Assembly (NCBI GenBank): GCA_963785425.1
Contig: CAWAVG010000002.1
Location: 495,731 to 519,730, forward strand
From: an uncultured Actinomycetota bacterium
GTDB taxonomy: Bacteria; Actinomycetota; Actinomycetes; Mycobacteriales; Jatrophihabitantaceae
DNA length: 24,000 bases
Direction: 5' to 3'
The translations under genes and the position numbers were made by a program. How positions within the stretch are numbered: the stretch's first letter is position 1; each line of letters opens with the position of its first letter. Below the pieces are notes generated by a model. That model saw nothing but the letters and a program-made list of their open reading frames with translations. It was not told where the DNA came from and searched no databases. Shown here piece after piece: positions 15,963 to 24,000 of the stretch.

Positions 15963-17627
15963 ATGACCGACGACACGGAGGCCGGCCGCGCGCGCTGGCA
16001 GGAGCGCTACGACGCCGCGCGCAAGCGCGACCGCGACTACACGACGCTGTCCGGGCTCGACGTCGACCCCGTGTACGGGCCGACGGGTCCGGATGACCGC
16101 ATGGAGCGCATCGGCTGGCCGGGCGAATACCCGTTCACGCGCGGGATCCACGCCACCGGCTACCGCGGCAAGCCCTGGACGATCCGTCAGTTCGCCGGCT
16201 TCGGCAACGCCCGGCAGACCAACGAGCGCTACAAGATGATTCTGGCCGAGGGCGGCGGCGGGCTGTCCGTCGCGTTCGACATGCCGACGCTGATGGGCCG
16301 CGACTCCGACGACGCGCGCTCGGTGGGCGAGGTCGGGCACTGCGGGGTCGCGATCGACTCGGCTGCAGACATGGACATCCTGTTCGACGGCATCGACCTG
16401 GCGACCACGACCACGTCCATGACGATCAGCGGGCCCGCCGTCCCGGTCTTCTGCATGTACGTGGTCGCGGCCGAGCGGCAGGGCGCCGACACGTCCGCGT
16501 TGAACGGCACCCTTCAGACCGACATCTTCAAGGAGTACATCGCGCAGAAGGAGTGGATCTATCCTCCCGAGCCGCACCTGAAGCTGATCGGCGACCTCAT
16601 GGAGTACGTCTCGACCCAGGCGCCGGCCTACAAGCCGATCTCCGTGTCGGGCTACCACATCCGCGAGGCCGGCTCGACGGCCGCGCAGGAGCTCGCGTTC
16701 ACCCTCGCCGACGGATTCGGCTACGTCGAGCTCGGCAAATCGCGCGGCCTCGACATCGACCAGTTCGCGCCCGGCCTGTCGTTCTTCTTCGACGCGCACA
16801 TCGACTTCTTCGAAGAGATCGCGAAGCTGCGTGCGGCCCGTCGCATCTGGGCCCGATGGATGCGCGACGTCTACGGCGCGAAGACCGACAAGGCGCAGTC
16901 GCTGCGTTTCCACACGCAGACGGCCGGTGTCTCGCTCACCGCCCAGCAGCCCGAGAACAATATCGTCCGCACCGCGATCGAAGCGCTGGCAGCGGTCATG
17001 GGCGGCACGAACTCGCTGCACACCAACGCCTTGGACGAGGTGCTCGCGCTGCCGTCCGAGAAAGCCGCGCAGATCGCCCTGCGCACGCAGCAGGTGATCG
17101 CCGAGGAGACCGGCGTCTTGAACGTCGCCGACCCGCTCGGCGGCTCGTGGTACGTCGAGGCCCTCACCGACAAGCTCGAAGCCGAGGCCGAGAAGATTTT
17201 CGACCGCATCAAGGACCTCGGTGGCGATGGCACGATCACGTCCGGGCTGCTGCGCGGCATCGAGGACGGCTGGTTCATCGGCGAGATCGCCGACGCGTCG
17301 TTCACCTATCAGGTCGCCTTCGAGAAGGGCGACAAGAAGGTCGTCGGGATGAACACGCTGATGGGCGACGTCGGCGAACCGTTGGAGATCCTGCGGGTGT
17401 CGCACGAGGTCGAGGTCGAGCAGCGCGACGTGGTCGCCCGGCGCCGCGCGTCGCGCGACCAGGCCACGGTCGACGAGGCGATCGCCCGCATGGTGCACGC
17501 CGCCGAGACCGGTGAGAACACCGTCCCGCCCATGCTCGACGCCGTGCGCGCCGAGGCCACCCTCGGCGAGATCTGCAACGCCTTCAAGCCGCTGTGGGGC
17601 GAATACCGCGAGCCGGTCAAGTTCTAG
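15963..17627 (+). CDS. icmA: Isobutyryl-CoA mutase large (substrate-binding) subunit, IcmA-type; no B12-binding domain
   Basis: About 554 aa and collinear with my recollection of S. cinnamonensis IcmA (WQERYD..RKRD, IGWPGEYPFTRG, WTIRQFAGFGN, GGGGLSVAFDMPTLMGRDSDD, GTLQTDIFKEYIAQKEW, FHTQTAGVSLTAQQP). It ends before any DxHxxG cobalamin domain. ATG at 15963; the alternative is TTG at 15954. Confidence 0.86.
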   Translation: MTDDTEAGRARWQERYDAARKRDRDYTTLSGLDVDPVYGPTGPDDRMERIGWPGEYPFTRGIHATGYRGKPWTIRQFAGFGNARQTNERYKMILAEGGGGLSVAFDMPTLMGRDSDDARSVGEVGHCGVAIDSAADMDILFDGIDLATTTTSMTISGPAVPVFCMYVVAAERQGADTSALNGTLQTDIFKEYIAQKEWIYPPEPHLKLIGDLMEYVSTQAPAYKPISVSGYHIREAGSTAAQELAFTLADGFGYVELGKSRGLDIDQFAPGLSFFFDAHIDFFEEIAKLRAARRIWARWMRDVYGAKTDKAQSLRFHTQTAGVSLTAQQPENNIVRTAIEALAAVMGGTNSLHTNALDEVLALPSEKAAQIALRTQQVIAEETGVLNVADPLGGSWYVEALTDKLEAEAEKIFDRIKDLGGDGTITSGLLRGIEDGWFIGEIADASFTYQVAFEKGDKKVVGMNTLMGDVGEPLEILRVSHEVEVEQRDVVARRRASRDQATVDEAIARMVHAAETGENTVPPMLDAVRAEATLGEICNAFKPLWGEYREPVKF

Positions 17628-17630
17628 TTC

Positions 17631-17700
17631 CGCGAGTGGTCATCTGTGGCGCGGGTGGTCGCTTATAGGTGACCACCCGGCGCGTAGGTGACCACTCGCG
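17631..17700. repeat. Nested double-palindrome repeat, copy 5
   Basis: CGCGAGTGGTCA (17631-17642) pairs perfectly with TGACCACTCGCG (17689-17700). The inner CGGGTGGTCG (17652-17661) pairs with TGACCACCCG (17670-17679). It fills the whole gap between the icmA stop (17627) and the crotonase stop (17701). Confidence 0.9.
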
Positions 17701-18465
17701 CTAGGTGGTGGCGGAGGTGCCGCCGTGGCGACCGGCGCCGGCCGCGAAGCGCTGCGCGCCGGCGAGGGCCCCGGCGATGACCTCGCGACCGTGGGCGAAC
17801 TCGCTCGCCAGAGCCGCGCTGGGTTCGGCGCCGAGAGCGGCATAGACCGAGCGGCGGTCCGAACGCAGGCAGTCCTGCGGCAGCTCGGCGAGTCGGGCCG
17901 CGAGTGCCTCCGCCTCGGCACGTGCGGTTCCCGGTTCGACGAGCCGGTTCGCGAGCCCGATCGCGAGAGCCTCGTCGGCCTCGACCGCACGTCCGGTCAG
18001 GATCAGGTCGAGCGCCCGGCCCAGGCCCACGATGTGGGGGAGTCGCACCGTCCCGCCGTCGATGAGCGGCACGCCCCACCTGCGGCAGAACACACCGAAC
18101 ACGGCGTCGCGGTCGACGACACGCAGGTCGCACCAGAGCGCCAGTTCCATGCCGCCGGCGACCGCATGACCGCTGACCGCCGCGATCACCGGTTTCGAGA
18201 GCTCGAGCCGGGACGGACCCATCGGGGCATCGGCATTGAGGTCGGCGTCGAGCGGGTTCGACATCTCGTGCAGGTCGGCGCCGGCGCAGAAGGTGCCACC
18301 AGCTCCCCACAGCACCGCAACCCGGGCCGCGTCGTCGGCGTCGAAGCGGCGGAACGCCTCGGCGAGCTCCGCGGCGGTCGGCCCGTCGACCGCGTTGCGG
18401 CGTTCGGGACGGTCGATGACCACCGTCCACACCGGCCCCAGCTTGTCGATCCGCACGTTGGCCAC
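17701..18465 (-). CDS. Enoyl-CoA hydratase (crotonase family)
   Basis: VWTVVIDRPERRNAVDG, WGAGGTFCAGADL, KPVIAAVSGHAVAGGMELALWCDLRV and PLIDGGTVRLP are crotonase signatures. GTG starts are possible at 18474, 18465 or 18456. The upstream part of the 406-aa track ORF is shadow. Confidence 0.85.
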   Translation of the reverse strand: MANVRIDKLGPVWTVVIDRPERRNAVDGPTAAELAEAFRRFDADDAARVAVLWGAGGTFCAGADLHEMSNPLDADLNADAPMGPSRLELSKPVIAAVSGHAVAGGMELALWCDLRVVDRDAVFGVFCRRWGVPLIDGGTVRLPHIVGLGRALDLILTGRAVEADEALAIGLANRLVEPGTARAEAEALAARLAELPQDCLRSDRRSVYAALGAEPSAALASEFAHGREVIAGALAGAQRFAAGAGRHGGTSATT

Positions 18466-18520
18466 GGCGCTCACCTCACCGGGTCGCGTTCCACGTGTCA
18501 ACGTCTGAGAAAATGACGGG

Positions 18521-19501
18521 ATGCGCCCTGGAGGACGTCCCGGTAATCCGAGCCGCGGCCAGCAACGGCCGCCGCAGCCCGATCCCGTGCTGACCGCTGC
18601 CATGTCCGGCGCGGTCGACCTGGCCGCGGTCAAGGCCCGCAACGAGGCCGCAGCGCGCGCTGCCGAGGCACCCGCGCCGGCCGCCGGCTCCTCCGTCGTA
18701 CAGGTGACCGAGGCCAACTTCCAGAGCGAGATCCTCGACCGCTCGTTCCAGGTGCCGGTGCTGCTCGTCGTCACCTCCTCGCGCGCGGCGTCGGCGGCGC
18801 CGATGGTCGAGGCCCTCGAGGCCGTCGCCGCCGAGGGCCAGGGCGCGATCGTGCTGGGCAAGGTCGACGCGGACACCGACATGCGGGTGGTGCAAGCGCT
18901 GCAGGTGCAGGCCGTACCCACCGTGTTCGCCGTGATCGGCGGCAGGCTGGTGCCGGGCTTCGAGGGTGTGCTTCCCGACGACCAGCTCCGCGAGTTCGTC
19001 GGCGCGGTGCTGCAGGCGGCCGCGCAGGCCGGTCTGCAGGGGCCGGCGACGGAGTCCGACGGGGACGAGCCGGGCCAGCCCGCCGAGCAGCAGATCCCTG
19101 AGGACCCTCGCTTCGACGCGGCCGAGTCGGCACTCGCCGAGGGCGACTACGCCACGGCCCGCGAACGGTTCGAGGCGATCCTCGCCGCCGAACCCGCCAA
19201 CGCTGCCGCAGCGCTCGCGCTGCACCAGGTCGACCTGCTCGCGCGTGTCGACGGCCTGGGCGACGTCGCCGCCGACCCTGCGCCCGACGACCTGTCCGGC
19301 CAGCTTGCCGCCGCAGACCTGTCCTTCGTCAACGGCGACGCCGACGCAGCTCTGCAGCGGCTTCTTGCTCTCCTGACCCACACGTCCGACGGCGACCGCG
19401 AGACCGTGCGGCAGCGCCTGATCGAGTACTTCGAGTTGCTCGGCCCGGACGATCCCCGGGTCGGCCCTGCGCGCCGCGAGATGGCACGAGCACTGTTCTG
19501 A
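18521..19501 (+). CDS. YbbN/CnoX-like protein: thioredoxin fold without CXXC plus a C-terminal TPR-like domain
   Basis: VQVTEANFQSEILDRSFQVPVLLVV, then TSSRAASAAP where WCGPC would sit, then GKVDADTDMRVVQALQVQAVPTVFAVIGGRLV. The C-terminus is helical and ends in the YbbN-like context RQRLIEYFELLGPDDPRV. Confidence 0.75.
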   Translation: MRPGGRPGNPSRGQQRPPQPDPVLTAAMSGAVDLAAVKARNEAAARAAEAPAPAAGSSVVQVTEANFQSEILDRSFQVPVLLVVTSSRAASAAPMVEALEAVAAEGQGAIVLGKVDADTDMRVVQALQVQAVPTVFAVIGGRLVPGFEGVLPDDQLREFVGAVLQAAAQAGLQGPATESDGDEPGQPAEQQIPEDPRFDAAESALAEGDYATARERFEAILAAEPANAAAALALHQVDLLARVDGLGDVAADPAPDDLSGQLAAADLSFVNGDADAALQRLLALLTHTSDGDRETVRQRLIEYFELLGPDDPRVGPARREMARALF

Positions 19502-19536
19502 ACCACGACGAAGCTCTTGATCGGGTCCGCGAGCTG

Positions 19537-20475
19537 GTGGCGAGCAGCGAGGCCGATCCGCTCGCTCCGTTCGCGCTGCGGCCGGACAAGCAGTACGTCT
19601 TCTCACCGGACGGCGCGGCAGCCGTCGCATATCGCGTGCGGCTGCGCACCGCGGTGGCCAGCGGCGATCCGCTCGGTGCGCACGCTTCATGGCCGGCAGC
19701 GGTCGAGGTCTTCATGGCGTTCGCGAGAACGCAGCGGCTGCGTGTCGCGGCCATCGCGATCGGCGAGCGTTCCCGCCCGATCTGGGCGGCCCACGGGCTG
19801 TGGGTCGTGCCGATCGGACGCGACGTCGTGGTGCGCTGTCGCGAGTTCGACCCGCGCGGGCGTCGCTTCCGTAACCTGCGCCAGGCCGTGCAGCGCACTC
19901 GCAACAGCGGGGTGACCGTGTCCGTCGTCCGCGAGGGCGACGTCGATGCAGCGACCGTGCTCGCCGTCCGGGCCGTGATGCGCGCGACCAAGCAGAACGA
20001 CGAGCGCGGTTTCTCGATGATCCGGGGGCACCTGTTCGACGGCACCGCTCCGGACGCCGTGCTGGCAGTCGCGCGGCACAGGGACGGACATGTCGTCGCG
20101 GCGCACCGGTACCTGTGGGCCGGGTCGAAGGACCTCTCCCTCGACGTGCCGATCCGCTCTTTCGACGCACCGAACGGTGTCGACGAGCGCCTGGTGGCCG
20201 AGATGGTCGACTGGGCCGCCGAGCACGGGGTGGAGCGGGTGTCCCTCGCCTTCGCGCCGTTCCCGGAGTTGTTCGACGACCCGCGACAGTTCGGGCGTGT
20301 CGGCGTACTGCTGTCATGGATCACCCACCTGCTCGACCCGATGATCCGCGTCGAACGGCTCTACCGGTACCTGCGCAAGTACCACGCGTTCGATCAGGAG
20401 CGGTACGTGATGCTGCGCAAGCGGCAGGTCGTCATCGTGGCGCTGACGCTGCTGCTGCTTGAATTCCGGACATGA
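19537..20475 (+). CDS. Free-standing DUF2156 (MprF/LysX C-terminal, aminoacyl-tRNA-dependent transferase-like) domain protein
   Basis: 312 aa with a GTG start. LRPDKQYVFSPDG..VAYRV....ASGDPLG, FDPRGRRFRNLRQAVQRTRNSG, ERGFSM and PNGVDERLVAEMVDWAAEHGVERVSLAFAPF fit my recollection of the LPG-synthase C-terminal domain. There is no N-terminal flippase/TM domain, only a short hydrophobic C-terminus VVIVALTLLLL. Confidence 0.7.
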   Translation: MASSEADPLAPFALRPDKQYVFSPDGAAAVAYRVRLRTAVASGDPLGAHASWPAAVEVFMAFARTQRLRVAAIAIGERSRPIWAAHGLWVVPIGRDVVVRCREFDPRGRRFRNLRQAVQRTRNSGVTVSVVREGDVDAATVLAVRAVMRATKQNDERGFSMIRGHLFDGTAPDAVLAVARHRDGHVVAAHRYLWAGSKDLSLDVPIRSFDAPNGVDERLVAEMVDWAAEHGVERVSLAFAPFPELFDDPRQFGRVGVLLSWITHLLDPMIRVERLYRYLRKYHAFDQERYVMLRKRQVVIVALTLLLLEFRT

Positions 20476-20536
20476 GCACCCCACGAAAACGCTCCGCGAA
20501 GAACGCTCCACGTTTCCGCGGGGAAGGCGCAAACCG

Positions 20537-21460
20537 ATGACCACTCACGGCACGCACGACTACGTCGAGGATCCGCGTAACGCCGACGTGCTCGTGTACG
20601 TCAACGGGGACCTTCTCCCGCGTGCGCAGGCAACGGTCTCGGTGTTCGACGCCGGGTTCGTCCTCGGCGACGGCGTCTGGGAGGGTCTGCGCGTCCACGA
20701 CGGGCACCCCGCGTTCCTCGAGCACCATCTCGACCGGCTCTACGAGGGCGCCGCGGCGATCATGCTGGACATCGGAAAATCGCGCGACGAGCTCACGTCC
20801 GAGATCTACCGCACGCTTGCAGCGAACGACATGCACGGCGACGGCGTGCACGTGCGGCTGATGGTGACCCGCGGACCGAAGTCGACGCCCTACCAGGACC
20901 CGCGCATGTCGGCCGGTCCGGCGACCATCGTGATGATCTGCGAGTACAAGGATCCGCTGCCCGCGACGGTCGAACGCGGACTGTCGCTGTTCACCGTGCA
21001 CGTGCGCCGTTCCGCTCCCGATGTGCTCGATCCGAAGCTCAACGCGCACAGCAAACTCAACGACATCACCGCGTGCATCCAGGCGTACACGGCCGGCGCC
21101 GACGAGGCACTGATGCTCGACCCGAACGGCTTCGTCGCCACCTGCAACTCGACCCACTTCTTCGTCGTCAAGCGCGGCGAGGTGTGGACGTCGTCCGGTG
21201 AGTACTGCCTGGGCGGAATCACGCGTGCCAACGTGCTGCGGGTCTGCGCCGAAGCCGGTATCCCCGCGTTCGAAAGGACATTCAGCCTCACGGACGTGTA
21301 CAGCGCGGACGAGGCGTTCGTCACCGGCACCTTCGCCGGGCTCGTACCCGTACACACCGTCGACGGGCGCACGATCGGCGGGGGATTGCGCGGGCCGGTG
21401 GTCGAACGGCTGCAGTCGCTCTACCAGAATCTCGTGCGCCGGGACGTCGCCGGCCGATGA
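20537..21460 (+). CDS. Class IV (fold type IV) PLP-dependent aminotransferase/lyase (BCAT / D-amino-acid aminotransferase / ADC lyase family)
   Basis: 307 aa from ATG at 20537, with RBS GGGAAGG 10 nt upstream. VSVFDAGFVLGDGVWEGLRV, HLDRLYEGA, VRLMVTRG, a Lys context LNAHSKLNDI, GITRANVL and ADEAFVTGT. Confidence 0.85.
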   Translation: MTTHGTHDYVEDPRNADVLVYVNGDLLPRAQATVSVFDAGFVLGDGVWEGLRVHDGHPAFLEHHLDRLYEGAAAIMLDIGKSRDELTSEIYRTLAANDMHGDGVHVRLMVTRGPKSTPYQDPRMSAGPATIVMICEYKDPLPATVERGLSLFTVHVRRSAPDVLDPKLNAHSKLNDITACIQAYTAGADEALMLDPNGFVATCNSTHFFVVKRGEVWTSSGEYCLGGITRANVLRVCAEAGIPAFERTFSLTDVYSADEAFVTGTFAGLVPVHTVDGRTIGGGLRGPVVERLQSLYQNLVRRDVAGR

Positions 21461-22173
21461 CCGGCGTCCGTCTCGCCGTGTGGTCGGGCCCGCGCAACAT
21501 CTCGACGGCCTTGATGCGGGCGTGGGAGAACCGTGCGGACACCAGGGTCGTGGACGAACCGCTGTACGGGTTCTATCTCGACCGCACCGGGCTCAACCAT
21601 CCCGGTCGCGACGAGATCATCAGGGCGATGGGCAGCGACTGGCGGCCGGTCGTCGCCGAACTCGTCGCACCGGTCGGCGCGGGCCGCGTGTTCTACCAGA
21701 AGCACATGACCCACCACCTGATCCCGGAGCTGCCCCGCGACTGGATCGCTGCACTGACCAACGTGCTGCTCATCCGCGACCCCGCCGAGGTGGTTGCTTC
21801 CTACACGCGCGAGCGCGCCGATGTCGTCGCCGCCGACATCGGGCTCGTGCAGCAGGCCGAGCTCTACGAGCAGCTCGGTGACGTGCCCGTGATCGACTCC
21901 GCCGACTTCCTGCGCAATCCCGAGGGCTATCTGCGCTGGCTGTGCGACCACGTCGACGTCCCGTTCACCGACTCGATGCTGCGCTGGCCCGCAGGACCGC
22001 GCGACTCGGACGGCGTGTGGGCCAAGTACTGGTACGACGCGGTCGTCGCGTCGACCGGGTTCGCACCGTACCGGGCGCGCGAGGTGTCGCTCGAGGGCGC
22101 GCCCCTCGCGGCCGCCGAACAGAGCCGCGAGCACTACGAGCGGCTGCACTCGGTGCGGGTCGTCATCGAATGA
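21457..22173 (+). CDS. Sulfotransferase-like P-loop-fold protein of an uncharacterised family
   Basis: 238 aa. Its start ATGA overlaps the aminotransferase stop, indicating translational coupling. VWSGPRNISTALMRAW...VVDEPLYGFYL...HPGRDEII...FYQKHMTHHL resembles proteins I recall as annotated sulfotransferase-like. The assignment is from memory only. Confidence 0.5.
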   Translation: MTGVRLAVWSGPRNISTALMRAWENRADTRVVDEPLYGFYLDRTGLNHPGRDEIIRAMGSDWRPVVAELVAPVGAGRVFYQKHMTHHLIPELPRDWIAALTNVLLIRDPAEVVASYTRERADVVAADIGLVQQAELYEQLGDVPVIDSADFLRNPEGYLRWLCDHVDVPFTDSMLRWPAGPRDSDGVWAKYWYDAVVASTGFAPYRAREVSLEGAPLAAAEQSREHYERLHSVRVVIE

Positions 22174-22186
22174 GCGGCGTCGGCAG

Positions 22187-23515
<1,329 letters not shown>

Positions 23516-23707
23516 GGCACTCACTTCAACCAGGCGGCGGGGTGGATACGCAGGCGGGGCGCAAACTAGTTGCCCCGTCAGTTGCTTCCGATACGACCAT
23601 ACCCTCTGACTTCACAAGGATTTAGCATCGACGCCGCAGATTTCGCTCAAGATCGACGAATCGCGCCGCCGAGAGGTCGTCGTCATGATCTCCCGCCGAC
23701 CTTGCCG

Positions 23708-24000
23708 TCACCCGGTGTGCGGCATCAATGCGTTCTCGGGGACGACGCCGAGCCGGCCCGCCTGGAAGTCCTCGATCGCCTGGATGAGCTCTTCCTTGGT
23801 GTTCATCACGAACGGGCCGTAGTGGGCGACCGGCTCGCCGATCGGACGTCCGCCGAGGAGCACGACCTCGAGCGCGGGCCGGTTCGAGTCCTGGCTCTTG
23901 TCGGCGGCGATCGTCAGGCGGTCGCCGGCGCCGAAGACAGCCAGCTGGCCGCCGTGGATCGGACGGTGCTCCGCGCCGACCGTCCCGTTGCCCGAGAGCA
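23708..24000 (-). CDS. Pirin-family protein, C-terminal part (5' end lies beyond the window)
   Basis: Not in the ORF track because it has no start in the window. My manual minus-strand translation gives ...GGQLAVFGAGDRLTIAADKSQDSNRPALEVVLLGGRPIGEPVAHYGPFVMNTKEELIQAIEDFQAGRLGVVPENALMPHTG*, with its stop at 23708-23710. GPFVMNT..E...A..D...G is the pirin C-terminal signature. Confidence 0.8.
   Translation of the reverse strand, partial: LSGNGTVGAEHRPIHGGQLAVFGAGDRLTIAADKSQDSNRPALEVVLLGGRPIGEPVAHYGPFVMNTKEELIQAIEDFQAGRLGVVPENALMPHTG

Noticed and set aside
15936-17498. 520-aa minus-strand ORF antisense to icmA
   Set aside because: It has an Arg/Gly/Asp/Val-rich shadow composition and no recognisable motifs, while the opposite strand encodes a near-textbook mutase sequence.
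20538-20546. Isolated exact hits of the repeat core inside CDSs: TGACCACTC at 20538-20546, GAGTGGTCAC at 22597-22606 and TGACCACTCGC at 23412-23422
   Set aside because: They are single cores with no partner cores at 19-nt phasing and no palindromic context. Each is explained by coding sequence: two are Thr-Thr codons ACC ACT (MTTH and VTTPE), and the 23412 hit lies within the codons for RVVSS. The 11-mer at 23412, next to CAGTGGCGCC, is the least likely by chance and could be a relic, but I cannot support that.
23525-23707. Relatively A/T-rich 183-bp spacer upstream of the CpaE-like gene, with hairpin CGGGGC-N11-GCCCCG (about 23556-23578) and a 24-codon minus-strand ORF (23612..23686, MTTTSRRRDSSILSEICGVDAKSL)
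   Set aside because: The hairpin is short with a large loop and no U-tract. It is possibly the pirin terminator but is not convincing. The mini-ORF has no RBS or recognisable features and is most likely spurious. The region is probably just the promoter region of the CpaE-like gene.

Overview
High-GC, actinobacterial-type chromosomal segment that is densely coding: about 24 CDSs and no rRNA, tRNA, CRISPR array or recognisable transposase. The main theme is short-chain acyl-CoA metabolism around crotonyl-CoA: hbd (partial), ccr, methylmalonyl/ethylmalonyl-CoA epimerase, thiolase, MeaB G-protein chaperone, two crotonase-family enzymes, glutaryl-CoA dehydrogenase and an IcmA-type B12 mutase large subunit. 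Interspersed are envelope and regulatory genes: a DivIVA-like coiled-coil protein, a DUF2127 membrane protein, a DGPF/YciI protein with an ECF42-type sigma factor, an Rpf-LysM muralytic protein, prolyl oligopeptidase with a divergent MarR regulator, a class F sortase, a YbbN-like thioredoxin-fold protein, a free-standing DUF2156 aminoacyl-tRNA transferase-like protein with a class IV aminotransferase and a sulfotransferase-like protein, an orphan CpaE/TadZ/Ssd-like ATPase, and a partial pirin. The most striking signal is non-coding. A family of about 65-70 bp nested double palindromes (two direct plus two inverted copies of GAGTGGTCA, 19-nt phasing) occurs five times, one copy being a sequence-divergent subfamily. 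These occupy every convergent gene junction that has room for one, and occur in no divergent or co-directional spacer. I do not recognise it as a named repeat family. It looks like a REP/MITE-like element, a U-tract-less bidirectional terminator, or a four-site protein-binding module. Secondary leads are the DUF2156/aminotransferase/sulfotransferase-like trio, the orphan CpaE-like ATPase with a poly-Asp microsatellite linker, a His/Arg-rich linker in the Rpf-LysM protein, a 15-bp tandem repeat at the marR start, and an ECF-type promoter candidate upstream of the DGPF-ECF42 pair. Many long ORFs in the track are antisense or frame-shifted shadows typical of high-GC DNA and were rejected.
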